A DNA stretch of 32,000 bases from Opitutales bacterium (GTDB taxonomy: Bacteria > Verrucomicrobiota > Verrucomicrobiia > Opitutales > Coraliomargaritaceae). The notes beneath the pieces were generated by a model. The model saw nothing but the letters and a program-made list of their open reading frames with translations. It searched no databases and was not told where the DNA came from. The position numbers and the translations under genes are program-made. Where the stretch lies: the NCBI GenBank assembly GCA_049606355.1, contig JBMYVL010000005.1, positions 60,001-92,000 on the forward strand, given 5' to 3'. Shown in pieces: positions 17,455-27,000 of the stretch; the first letter of the stretch is position 1, and every line of letters begins with the position of its first letter.

Positions 17455-18981
17455 TTAAACCGCGGTTTCGCTGAAGCGCTGCTCGCGGATAACGGTGATC
17501 TCAATACTGCCCGGATAGTTGAGCTCACTTTCAATACGCGTACGAATTTTTCGAGCGATTTGGCGCGCCTCTTCATCACTGACGACTTCCGGTTCAACAA
17601 TCACCCGGACTTCACGCCCGGCTTGGATTGCATAGGCATCACTGACGCCCGACTGCTTGAGGGCAATGGCCTCAATGCTGCGCACCCGCTGAATAAAGCC
17701 GTCGATCGACGACGCCCGCGCCCCCGGCCGCACGGCCGACAGAGAATCCGCCACCATCACCAAGCCGGCATAGGCGCTCTCCGGCTCCACTTCTTTATGG
17801 TGGGCCGCGACGGCATTGACCACTCGCGCATCTTCGCCGTGCTGCTTGATCACATCCGCACCCACGATCGCATGGCTGCCCGAATAGGCCTCGTCGATCG
17901 CCTTGCCGAGATCATGAAAAAGGCCCGCGCGCTTCGCCAGCGTCACATCCAAGCCGATTTCCGAAGCGAGCAGCGCACACAGGTTGGCCACTTCGACCGA
18001 GTGCGCCAGCGTGTTCTGATTGTTGGAGAGTCGGTAGTGCAGTTTGCCGAGGATGCCAATCACCTCGGGATGCACATTCGATAAGCGCAACTCACGCACT
18101 GCGCCTTCACCCAGCTCGATGACGTTGTTATTCATCTCCTCTTCCGCCTGCAGCACCGCCTCCTCGATGCTTGCCGGGTGAATCCGGCCATCGCGCAGCA
18201 GGGCATCGAGAGCAATGCGGGCGACTTCCCGCCGCACCGGATCGAAGCAGGAAATGAGCACCGAATCCGGGGTTTCATCAATCATCAGCGTGGTACCGGT
18301 CGCATGCTCAAAGGTGCGAATGTTACGCCCTTCGCGACCAATAATGCGGCCCTTCATTTCATCACTGGGCAGGCTGACCACGGTTGCGGTGGCGTCGTGC
18401 ATGGGCTGACTGGTGATGCGCTGCATTGCCGCCAACAAGACGCGCCGCGCCTCTTCGGCGAGCTCCGACTCTGTTTTTCCTAAATATTGCTGACGCAAGT
18501 CCTCCAACTCCTGCGCACAGGCTTGCTCGGTGCTGCGGATCAGGTGCTGGCGCGCCTGTTCGGTATCCATCTGCGCGATTTGGTGAAGCTTCATGCGGTA
18601 CAAACGGCGCGTCTTCTCGGCTTCGTGTTCGGCCTCTTCCACCTGTTGCTGCGCTTCACTCACCGTTTTTTCGCGCTTGCTCAACAGCACGGCACGTTCT
18701 TCGAGCGACTGCGCCGTGCGACGCTGCTCCCGCTGTACGGTCTCGAGTTCGTCGGCCTGTTTGACACGTGCGCGCTCCAATTCCGCTTCCTTCGATTTGA
18801 AGGCCAAGTCTGCATTCGCTTTTTCCTCACGCAGTGTGAGTTGTGCCTCACGTGCTTCGACGTCCGCCTTTTCGCGCATGGCTTCAAACTCGCGTAGCGT
18901 CCCACCACAGCGGAAACGAGCATGCAGAAAAGCCCCGAGGACAGCGCCCATGCCCAACCCAATCAATATTTCTAAAATCAT
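17455..18981 (-). CDS. rny: Ribonuclease Y
   Basis: 508 aa. N-terminal TM helix [19 protein letters not shown], a long E/R/K/Q coiled-coil region, a KH domain ([21 protein letters not shown]) and an HD domain (LAHSVEV...LFHDLGKA). Confidence 0.92.
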   Translation of the reverse strand: MILEILIGLGMGAVLGAFLHARFRCGGTLREFEAMREKADVEAREAQLTLREEKANADLAFKSKEAELERARVKQADELETVQREQRRTAQSLEERAVLLSKREKTVSEAQQQVEEAEHEAEKTRRLYRMKLHQIAQMDTEQARQHLIRSTEQACAQELEDLRQQYLGKTESELAEEARRVLLAAMQRITSQPMHDATATVVSLPSDEMKGRIIGREGRNIRTFEHATGTTLMIDETPDSVLISCFDPVRREVARIALDALLRDGRIHPASIEEAVLQAEEEMNNNVIELGEGAVRELRLSNVHPEVIGILGKLHYRLSNNQNTLAHSVEVANLCALLASEIGLDVTLAKRAGLFHDLGKAIDEAYSGSHAIVGADVIKQHGEDARVVNAVAAHHKEVEPESAYAGLVMVADSLSAVRPGARASSIDGFIQRVRSIEAIALKQSGVSDAYAIQAGREVRVIVEPEVVSDEEARQIARKIRTRIESELNYPGSIEITVIREQRFSETAV

Positions 18982-19133
18982 ATGCAGTTACAGCCGAGAA
19001 GCTGAGTTGGCGGGGTTGACCAAGCTAGCTACGGGTGCTGTAAGCCCGAGTCCGCGGGGCAACACATGCGGACATTAAACTGTGTTAAAGTCGCGTAGCT
19101 TGAGCGACTTACGGCAAATTTCAAGGGAAAGTT

Positions 19134-20858
19134 CTACCGGCGGTTCTGGAACCATTGCTGCACTTCGGCAGCGCTGCGGCAGTTCAACACCTGCTCGGCG
19201 CGCAACCAGCCCTTACGCGCGATGTTAACGCCCGCACGGTAACAGTCCAGGCCCTCGGTGCTGTGCGCATCGGGGTTGATCGCACAGCGTAAGCCCCGCT
19301 CCGCAGCGCGATGCCAATAGCGCCAATCCAGATCCAGGCGGTTCGGATTTGCGTTAATTTCAATGATCACTTGGTTGGCGATCGCTGCATCAATGACCTT
19401 GTGGAGATCAATTTGGTATGGCTCACGCCGCAGCAGCAAGCGCCCCGTCGGATGCCCGAGCATGGTGGTCGCCGGGTGCTCGATCGCGCGAATCACCCGC
19501 GCAGTCATCTCCGCTTCCGACTGGCTGAAGGATGAATGCACCGACACCACGGTGTAGTCGAGGGCGGCCAGGGTTGCGTCTGCGAGGTCCAGCCTACCGT
19601 CCGGCAAGATATCGCATTCGATGCCCGCAAAGACGTGTACCGGCGACGCCCCCGATTCATTAAAATGGCGCACTGCCTCGATCAACTTCAAGACCCGCAC
19701 ATCATCCAAACCATTCGCCTGGTAACTGGCCTTCGAGTGGTCGGCGAGGCCAATATACTCAAAGCCCAGCTGTTCCGCCGCGGCGGCCATCTCATGGATC
19801 GTCGCGCGGCCGTCCGACGCGGTCGTGTGATTGTGGAATACGCCGCGTACATCCGCCACCTCGATGAGCTTTGGTAATTGCCCGGCTTCTGCGGCGTCCA
19901 GTTCGCCCATGCCCTCACGTAATTCGGGCGGAATCTCCGCCAACCCCAGCAAGGCAAATAGCTCCGCCTCCGAGTCAACTGAGGGCACGTCTTCCCCGGC
20001 TTTTGCCTTCAAGCCCCATTCGCTGAGGCTATAGCCGCGCGCCAAGGCACGCTGACGCAAGGCAACATTGTGCTCCTTGGATCCGGTAAAATGATGTAGG
20101 GCAAAGGCGAATTGGGCGGCGGGCACCACGCGCAGGTCTGCCTGCAAGCCGCTTTCAAAACGCACACTGGATTTCGTACTGCCCTGCGCAGTCACCTCCT
20201 GCACGCCGGGTTGCGCGATGAACCAAGCCATAATCGGTTCCGCATCGGCCGCTGCGACGATGAAGTCCAAATCGCCGACCGTTTCACGCAAGCGCCGCAA
20301 GCTGCCTGCCACTTCAGCACGTTCGACCTGTGGCAGCGCACGCAAGCCCTGTACAATCGGCTCCGCGATCGCCGCCGCCGTCCACCACAGGTGTCGTTTC
20401 GCATAGGCGGCTCGATTGCGAATGCCCGTCACGATCTTTTCCTGCGACTTCGGCCCGAAGCCTTTTAGCGCAGCGACGGCTCCCTGCTGGCAAGCTTTCA
20501 GTAGCGCGTCGATACTTTCGACCCCAAGCGCATCGTGTAGTTTTTTAACCTTTTTGCCCCCCAAGCCGGGAATCTCGAGCATCTCGATCAGGCCGGGCGC
20601 CACCGAAGCCCGCAGCTTTGTGTAATAATCCAGCTCCCCCGTCGCGTGGAGCGTCTCGATCTTTTCCACCAAGGCTGCGCCAATGCCCTTCATTCCCGCC
20701 AGCCGACCCTCCGCAATCAGCTCGCCAAGATCGGCCTCCATGGTCTCGAGCGCACGCGCACCGGCGGAGTAGGCACGAATCTTGAACGGGTTGTCGCCCT
20801 TCAGCTCCAAGAGCACGGCGATGTCTTCTAAAATAGCAATGATGTCGGCTTTATGCAT
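19134..20858 (-). CDS. polX: Family X DNA polymerase with C-terminal PHP (phosphoesterase) domain (PolX)
   Basis: 574 aa. N-terminal HhH region [38 protein letters not shown], the Pol-beta-like nucleotidyltransferase core ([17 protein letters not shown]), and a C-terminal PHP region ([11 protein letters not shown]...GLADHS...INPDAHS). Confidence 0.9.
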   Translation of the reverse strand: MHKADIIAILEDIAVLLELKGDNPFKIRAYSAGARALETMEADLGELIAEGRLAGMKGIGAALVEKIETLHATGELDYYTKLRASVAPGLIEMLEIPGLGGKKVKKLHDALGVESIDALLKACQQGAVAALKGFGPKSQEKIVTGIRNRAAYAKRHLWWTAAAIAEPIVQGLRALPQVERAEVAGSLRRLRETVGDLDFIVAAADAEPIMAWFIAQPGVQEVTAQGSTKSSVRFESGLQADLRVVPAAQFAFALHHFTGSKEHNVALRQRALARGYSLSEWGLKAKAGEDVPSVDSEAELFALLGLAEIPPELREGMGELDAAEAGQLPKLIEVADVRGVFHNHTTASDGRATIHEMAAAAEQLGFEYIGLADHSKASYQANGLDDVRVLKLIEAVRHFNESGASPVHVFAGIECDILPDGRLDLADATLAALDYTVVSVHSSFSQSEAEMTARVIRAIEHPATTMLGHPTGRLLLRREPYQIDLHKVIDAAIANQVIIEINANPNRLDLDWRYWHRAAERGLRCAINPDAHSTEGLDCYRAGVNIARKGWLRAEQVLNCRSAAEVQQWFQNRR

Positions 20859-22065
20859 AGGATGGTGTTAAGGTATCCAATGGGCTGACGATGCCAAATG
20901 GCTTTTGCAACAGCTGCGTGTAAATTTGTGTCGCCTGCCGGGAGGGATGCCCGAGTAAGGCCTGAACGGTATCCAAGGCCGCGCCAGCCTCCAGCAGATG
21001 CACGGCAAAGCTATGGCGGAAGACTTGCGGCGTGACCCGCTTTGCAATCGCGGCCTTGTTGGCCGCCGAGCGCACCGCTTGTTGGTAGGAATTTTCGAGC
21101 ACATGTGGGCGATAGCGCGCGCCGCTTGGCGGATCTTCCGTAAGTTTACTGTGCGGGAATAGGTACTGCCAGCTCCACTCAGTCCGTGCCGCAGCATATT
21201 TCCGCGCGAGCGCTGCGGGCATCGCGGCTCCGGCGTACTGCTTGGCCAGATCGGCTTGGTGGACGGCACGCACCTGCTGCAGTTGCAGCTGGAGTGAGTC
21301 GACCAAAGCCTGCGGCAAGACTGTGGTGCGCGCCACCGCTCCGCGACAGACACGAACGACCAACCGCCCGCGGTCCACATCCACATCCCGAATTCGTAGG
21401 CGCAACAACTCATTCAGCCGCAAGCCCGCGCCGTAGTGTAAGCGCCCCATCAAGCGAAACCGAGTCGGCAAGCACTCCAGCAGCTGATAAACTTCCGATT
21501 TCGACAAGACCGTCGGCAATTTTCGATCGACCGCCCGGCGTGCTTGCGCGGCACGCTCAGGAACCGCTTGTTGCAGCACATGCCGAAAAAAGAAACACAA
21601 GGCATTATAGGTCTGATTCTGCGTGGAGGTGGAGGTCGGCGTAGCCGCTGCCAGATGGCTTAAAAACTGCAAGGCCTCCGCCGCATCCACCTGCATGGCA
21701 TCCCTGGGATGAACAAAGGCCTGAAAGCGCCGCAGGCAACCCATGTAGGCTTTTTCGGTACTGGCGGCCACATGCTCACGGCGCAGCGCGCGGCGCATCC
21801 TTTGCCCAGCAATATCAGTGGCCACGACCTCACTAAAAAACCAGTTCAGCGCCGCCTCCCGCTGCGTCGAATCGCCCTGCGTGCGCGGGTTTGAGTGGTG
21901 CAGCTCACGGAGAAAGATGTGGCTATTTTCGCGCTCAAACGGCTCGCCCAAGCCCTTTTTTGCACAATAGCCGAAATACCACTGCAGCGTCGCCCACCAA
22001 GCACGCCGCTGCGCAATCCGCACCCCGGTATGCTCTTTCAAGCGCAATTGCAGCCATTCGTACAT
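20851..22065 (-). CDS. Integron-integrase-like tyrosine recombinase with an approximately 70-90 aa N-terminal extension
   Basis: From about residue 90, 404 aa align by eye without gaps to IntI1 (recalled from memory). Matches include the SAM-like N-domain ([13 protein letters not shown]...[20 protein letters not shown]), the catalytic Arg context YGAGLRLNE, and the IntI-specific insertion ([24 protein letters not shown]...[12 protein letters not shown]). [14 protein letters not shown] and IYTQ (Tyr) are also present. The stop overlaps the polX start by 8 nt. An alternative shorter start is the ATG at 21798. Confidence 0.8.
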   Translation of the reverse strand: MYEWLQLRLKEHTGVRIAQRRAWWATLQWYFGYCAKKGLGEPFERENSHIFLRELHHSNPRTQGDSTQREAALNWFFSEVVATDIAGQRMRRALRREHVAASTEKAYMGCLRRFQAFVHPRDAMQVDAAEALQFLSHLAAATPTSTSTQNQTYNALCFFFRHVLQQAVPERAAQARRAVDRKLPTVLSKSEVYQLLECLPTRFRLMGRLHYGAGLRLNELLRLRIRDVDVDRGRLVVRVCRGAVARTTVLPQALVDSLQLQLQQVRAVHQADLAKQYAGAAMPAALARKYAAARTEWSWQYLFPHSKLTEDPPSGARYRPHVLENSYQQAVRSAANKAAIAKRVTPQVFRHSFAVHLLEAGAALDTVQALLGHPSRQATQIYTQLLQKPFGIVSPLDTLTPSYA

Positions 22066-22078
22066 CTCACATATTATT

Positions 22079-22097
22079 TACATGATAAATTCATGTA
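22079..22097. promoter_or_regulatory. Perfect 7-bp inverted repeat (candidate operator) just upstream of the IntI-like start codon
   Basis: TACATGA-TAAAT-TCATGTA at 22079-22097, 14-32 nt upstream (minus-strand sense) of the ATG at 22065. It sits inside a markedly AT-rich block; line 22081-22140 has 17/60 G+C by hand count. Confidence 0.35.
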
Positions 22098-22270
22098 TTC
22101 AATCATTTAATATAGGACATATACATATGGCTCTGTTTCGGCCGATCAATGCTCAAGTAGCAGCTAAATCCTCCCAAAAACCGCTTTTATCGCTCTATAA
22201 AGCCCTCAAAATCTGCTGATGCGTGGCAGCAAGAGGTCTCATTTATTTAATAGTACACTACATAGTGACT

Positions 22271-22372
22271 CCAACGAAGCTGCCTGAAGCCAACCCAGCT
22301 GCCCTCGCGGTGCGGCAACGGTTTCACTGACCCTGTGGCGAGCACTGAGGCGAACCAAGGAGCTGCCAAGCC
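22271..22372. repeat. Imperfect direct repeat pair CCAA(C/G)G(A)AGCTGCC(TG)AAGCC, with a third AGCTGCC core between them
   Basis: CCAACGAAGCTGCCTGAAGCC at 22271-22291 and CCAAGGAGCTGCCAAGCC at 22355-22372. AGCTGCC also occurs at 22297-22303. The second copy runs into the 14-nt palindrome CAAGCCTAGGCTTG (22367-22380). Confidence 0.4.
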
Positions 22373-22396
22373 TAGGCTTGCTGAGCGTGGCGACGG

Positions 22397-23572
22397 CTAA
22401 TCCAGCCGTTTGGGCAGTTTCGATGCGGGATCGATCCCAACACTGCCGTTGCCTTGCAATAATTCGAGCAGGCGCTGCCCGCAAAAGCCTGCTCGCCACC
22501 CGCGCAACATGCGATGGTCCTCGGGCTTGCCGTCAGCTGCTTCAAGCACCAAAGCGGTGATCTCAGATCGATTGCCGATCAGAGCAGGGTCCACCTTGGC
22601 CGCCAAGCAAGCCCCCTTAATGTAGGCCAATGCCAAATCAACGCGCGCTTCGTAGCCATCGTCCGGTGCCGCGCCGCGGTGGTTGCCGTTGGGTAAATCG
22701 GGCAAATCGCCCGCGACCCCGCGCTCAATCGCCGCCCATATTTTATTACGGTTCCGCTCGAGGGTCTTCTCGGTGAGGCCCTTCATCGGCTTGATGGCAT
22801 CGGCGGTAGCCGGCAAGCGCTTGGTCAATGCCACAATTGCATCGTCGGATAAAATGAAATTACGCGGCCGGTTGCGACGGCGGGCACTGCGCTCCCGCCA
22901 GGCGCCGAGGCAGCGAAGCACATTGCGCTGCTGATGGGTGAGTGCGCCACTGCCCCGCACCCGTGGCATTTCGGCATCTGGGTCCGACTCGTGGTAGAGC
23001 GCCTCTTGCTCGTAATACTGCATTTCATCCTCAATCCACTCCCGCCGGCCGAGGGCGTCAGCTTTGGCAAGGATCCGCTGCATGAGCTCCGTCGAGTGCG
23101 CGACATCATCAATTGCATACTTGAGCTGCGCCTCGGTGAGTGGGCGCGCCAGCCAATCCGATTGCGTTTCGGTTTTTTCAAGGCGCACCTTCAGTAAGGT
23201 CTTTAATAAATCACGTAAGGATATGGTCGCCGACAGGCCGACAAAGCCCGCGCTCCGCTGCGTATCAAAAATATTTTTCGGAAAGGCGCCACAAGCGCGC
23301 TTCAAAATCGTCAGGTCCTGCTGCGCATCGTGTAAAATCTTAACAGTGCCCGCATCCGCCATCAACTCCGCAAAAGGACTCCAATCTTCGATAGCGAGCG
23401 CATCAATCAAATCCGCGTTGCCGTCGGGATAGCCCATTTGCACCACCCCCAAAGTCGGATAATAGGTACGGTTCCAGACAAATTCGGTATCGATACCGAC
23501 GGCTCCGGCAGTGCGTGCAACTTGGCAGGCCTCCGCCAGCGCTTCTGTGGTTGTGATCATATCGGGAAACAA
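22397..23572 (-). CDS. rnd: Ribonuclease D (DEDDy 3'-5' exonuclease plus HRDC domain)
   Basis: 391 aa. GAVGIDTEFVWNRTYYPTLGVVQM matches ExoI of RNase D. ILHDAQQDL (ExoII) and YAIDDVAHS (ExoIII with Tyr) are present. An HRDC-like region RNFILSDDAIVALTKRLP follows. Confidence 0.88.
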   Translation of the reverse strand: MFPDMITTTEALAEACQVARTAGAVGIDTEFVWNRTYYPTLGVVQMGYPDGNADLIDALAIEDWSPFAELMADAGTVKILHDAQQDLTILKRACGAFPKNIFDTQRSAGFVGLSATISLRDLLKTLLKVRLEKTETQSDWLARPLTEAQLKYAIDDVAHSTELMQRILAKADALGRREWIEDEMQYYEQEALYHESDPDAEMPRVRGSGALTHQQRNVLRCLGAWRERSARRRNRPRNFILSDDAIVALTKRLPATADAIKPMKGLTEKTLERNRNKIWAAIERGVAGDLPDLPNGNHRGAAPDDGYEARVDLALAYIKGACLAAKVDPALIGNRSEITALVLEAADGKPEDHRMLRGWRAGFCGQRLLELLQGNGSVGIDPASKLPKRLD

Positions 23573-23721
23573 AGTCGGGCAAAGACGTACGAAAGAAAAG
23601 CAGATTTTTTACTGGTGGCCTGATGTGAATCCGTCGTGCTGATGGCTTGAAGCCGCGCGAACTTTACTTCAGACCTATCCCATTCCTTATGCATTACACC
23701 CGAAGGCCCGCTCCTGAGCCC

Positions 23722-24747
<1,026 letters not shown>

Positions 24748-24749
24748 CG

Positions 24750-25514
24750 ATGCGACATTTCTGCATACTTTTGAAACACGAATTACGGATGCTGCTCATC
24801 AGCCCGACCACGTACATTGCCAGTTTCCTGTTTCTCACACTCATGGGCCTACTCTACTGGATTATTCTCAGCGGGATGGTCACCACTGCGCAGGAGGAAC
24901 TTCCCGCGGTCGAATTCTTTAAAGGATTCTGGATCCCTACTTTTTTTGTCGTGCCCTTACTCACGATGCGGAGCATTGCCGGCGAGCGCAGTCATGGAAC
25001 TTTGGATACATTGTTAACCACCCCTACCTCAAGGGGCTCGATGGTCCTCAGTAAATTTGCCGGCGCTTACTTGTTTTATCTACTCTTGTGGCTGCTGACG
25101 CTCGGTTTTCCGCTGCTGGTGGCGAAGTTTTATCCCGCCGCAGCCGCCAGTGGTAAATTATTGGAGCCAGCACCGATTCTCGGTAGTTTTGCCTTCATCG
25201 CAGTCAGCGGGGTTTTATTCATCTCGATCGGCATCTTTGCCAGTAGCATCACTCGCAGCCAGCTCGTCGCCGGGATGCTCAGCTTCACCACTTTATTCGT
25301 CGTCATTGTCGGTGGCCAGCAATTGAGCAGCTTGACGCCGAGCGACGCCGGGCTGTCCAGCTGGATCTCCGGCACCATTGACTACCTGCAGATCTTTAAT
25401 CACCTCGACGATTTCGCACGCGGGATCGTCGATACACGCCCTCTCATTTACTATACCAGTTTAGGGGCGCTGCTACTCGGGATGGCATCACTCGCGGTCG
25501 AAGCCAAAGCATAA
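24750..25514 (+). CDS. ABC-2 type permease (GldF/NosY-like)
   Basis: Starts 2 nt after the ATPase stop. 254 aa with six hydrophobic segments, e.g. YIASFLFLTLMGLLYWIIL, FAGAYLFYLLLWLLTLGFPLL and FAFIAVSGVLFISIGIFASSI. Confidence 0.85.
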   Translation: MRHFCILLKHELRMLLISPTTYIASFLFLTLMGLLYWIILSGMVTTAQEELPAVEFFKGFWIPTFFVVPLLTMRSIAGERSHGTLDTLLTTPTSRGSMVLSKFAGAYLFYLLLWLLTLGFPLLVAKFYPAAAASGKLLEPAPILGSFAFIAVSGVLFISIGIFASSITRSQLVAGMLSFTTLFVVIVGGQQLSSLTPSDAGLSSWISGTIDYLQIFNHLDDFARGIVDTRPLIYYTSLGALLLGMASLAVEAKA

Positions 25515-26995
25515 TGAAACCAGAGCGATTCAACGAATTTAGTTTTGTGCGCCGTTTCCGCGCCATCAACCGCTCGGTGCAGATACTCTTGTGCATCGGG
25601 TTTGTGGTCGCGCTCAATTATCTGGGTGCCAATTATTTTGAGCGCTACGATCTCACTCAATCGGGCAAGTATAGCCTCGCAGCCGAATCGAAAGGATACT
25701 TACGCGAGCTGATCGATGTCGTGAATATCATCATCACCTTCCCCGAAGATCCCGATGCTCCGGAGCTCGCCCGCATCCATACGGACCTGCGCAAACTACT
25801 ACGCGAATATGAACCGGACGCACGGCGCGACGGCAAAGCTTACATCCATGTTGAATTTGTGGATGTGCACCGTCAGCGGAGTCGTGCGCGCGAGTTAATC
25901 CATCAGTATGGCATCGAGAAGGAAAACTGCATCATCGTAGCCAGTGGGGATCGCATCAAAGAAATTGAACTCCCTGAGCTCTATGAGGCGAAAGACGGGC
26001 AGTGGTCCGCCTTTCGCGGGGAGAAAGTTATCACTTCTGCAATCATTGAAGTCTCCAGTGAAAAAGCCCCCAAACTGTATTTCCTGAGCGGCCATGGCGA
26101 GATGCGTCTCGATTCGGTCGATCCACTTCGCGGGCTCTCGCAAATGAGTAACTTCCTGCGCGAACGAAGCTTCCGCTGCGACGTGCTGGATCTAACCCAA
26201 GCGGGCGAGGTTCCCGCCGATGCAGACCTCGTCGTTATCCCTGCACCACAGGCCAGCCTCTTGCCCGAAGAAGTCGATCCATTGCGGCGCTACCTCAGCG
26301 ATCGTAATGGCCGAGTCATCGTTTTTGTCGATCCGGGGCGGCGCCATGGCATGGATGCGTTATTTCAGGACTGGGGGGTCCTGGTTGAGGACCTCATGGT
26401 CATTGATGTTGATCCTAAATATCGAACTCAAGGCGGGGACTTAATTGTGCGCCACTTCGGCGAACACCCCATCAGTAATCTACTCTTGGAATATGCCGGC
26501 ACCGCTTATTTCGGGCAAGCGCGCCCCGTTCGAATGGATCCACTCGCTCAAGAGGACGCGCGCTTACAGGTCAACTATCTGATTGGAACTTCACCGCAAA
26601 GTTGGGCGGAAAAAGATTTCCGAACCCAATCGCCGATCCAATACGATGCCGAGCGCGACTTACCCGGACCCTTGAGCCTAGCCACTGCCTCGATGCGAAG
26701 TGCGCGTTCCGAACTCGGCATTTCAATACCAGGAGGACGACTGGTTGTGTTTGGAAATTCAGACTTTATTGCGAACAACCGTTTCCAAACGTACGGCAAC
26801 TACACCTTGTTTATTAATTCAGTCAACTGGACCTTAGATCGTAGCAACTTGCTCAACATTCCAACTCGCCCGCTGGAAAGCTACCAAATCATCATGAGCC
26901 ATCCTGCACTGCAACGGATGTTGGCGACCTTTGCGTTGCTGCCCGGTGCCGTCGCCTTGCTGGGTCTCTCCATTTATTTCATCCGCCGCCACTAG
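25514..26995 (+). CDS. GldG-like ABC-transporter auxiliary component (ABC_transp_aux family)
   Basis: TAATG overlap with the permease stop. N-terminal TM (ILLCIGFVVALNYLGANYF) and C-terminal TM (LATFALLPGAVALLGLSIYFI) flank a large soluble domain. Typical segments include YFLSGHGE and LVVIPAP....L..YL..GG-like (DLVVIPAPQASLLPEEVDPLRRYLSDRNGRVIVFVDP). Confidence 0.75.
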   Translation: MKPERFNEFSFVRRFRAINRSVQILLCIGFVVALNYLGANYFERYDLTQSGKYSLAAESKGYLRELIDVVNIIITFPEDPDAPELARIHTDLRKLLREYEPDARRDGKAYIHVEFVDVHRQRSRARELIHQYGIEKENCIIVASGDRIKEIELPELYEAKDGQWSAFRGEKVITSAIIEVSSEKAPKLYFLSGHGEMRLDSVDPLRGLSQMSNFLRERSFRCDVLDLTQAGEVPADADLVVIPAPQASLLPEEVDPLRRYLSDRNGRVIVFVDPGRRHGMDALFQDWGVLVEDLMVIDVDPKYRTQGGDLIVRHFGEHPISNLLLEYAGTAYFGQARPVRMDPLAQEDARLQVNYLIGTSPQSWAEKDFRTQSPIQYDAERDLPGPLSLATASMRSARSELGISIPGGRLVVFGNSDFIANNRFQTYGNYTLFINSVNWTLDRSNLLNIPTRPLESYQIIMSHPALQRMLATFALLPGAVALLGLSIYFIRRH

Positions 26996-27000
26996 CACCC

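Noticed and set aside
17361-17600. N-terminal extension of the DUF481-like ORF
   Set aside because: It would overlap the 3' end of rny by about 145 nt. The ATG at 17360 gives a signal-like N-terminus and a 94-nt intergenic gap.
21798-22065. Shorter IntI-like protein starting at the internal ATG 21798
   Set aside because: That start would remove the first helix that aligns to the IntI1 N-domain. The sharp switch from GC-rich to AT-rich sequence occurs exactly at 22065, which favours the long form. The short form is not excluded.
22127-22219. 30-codon plus-strand ORF in the AT-rich spacer
   Set aside because: It is not reported as a gene. It has no ribosome-binding site, no recognisable motif, and a length well within chance expectation. 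It is mentioned only within the spacer finding.
22066-23572. Integron cassette array or attC sites upstream of the IntI-like gene
   Set aside because: I looked for RYYYAAC...GTTRRRY-bounded imperfect palindromes and promoterless short cassettes and recognised none. The first gene on that side is a full-length RNase D on the same strand as the recombinase. This needs a covariance-model search to be definitive.
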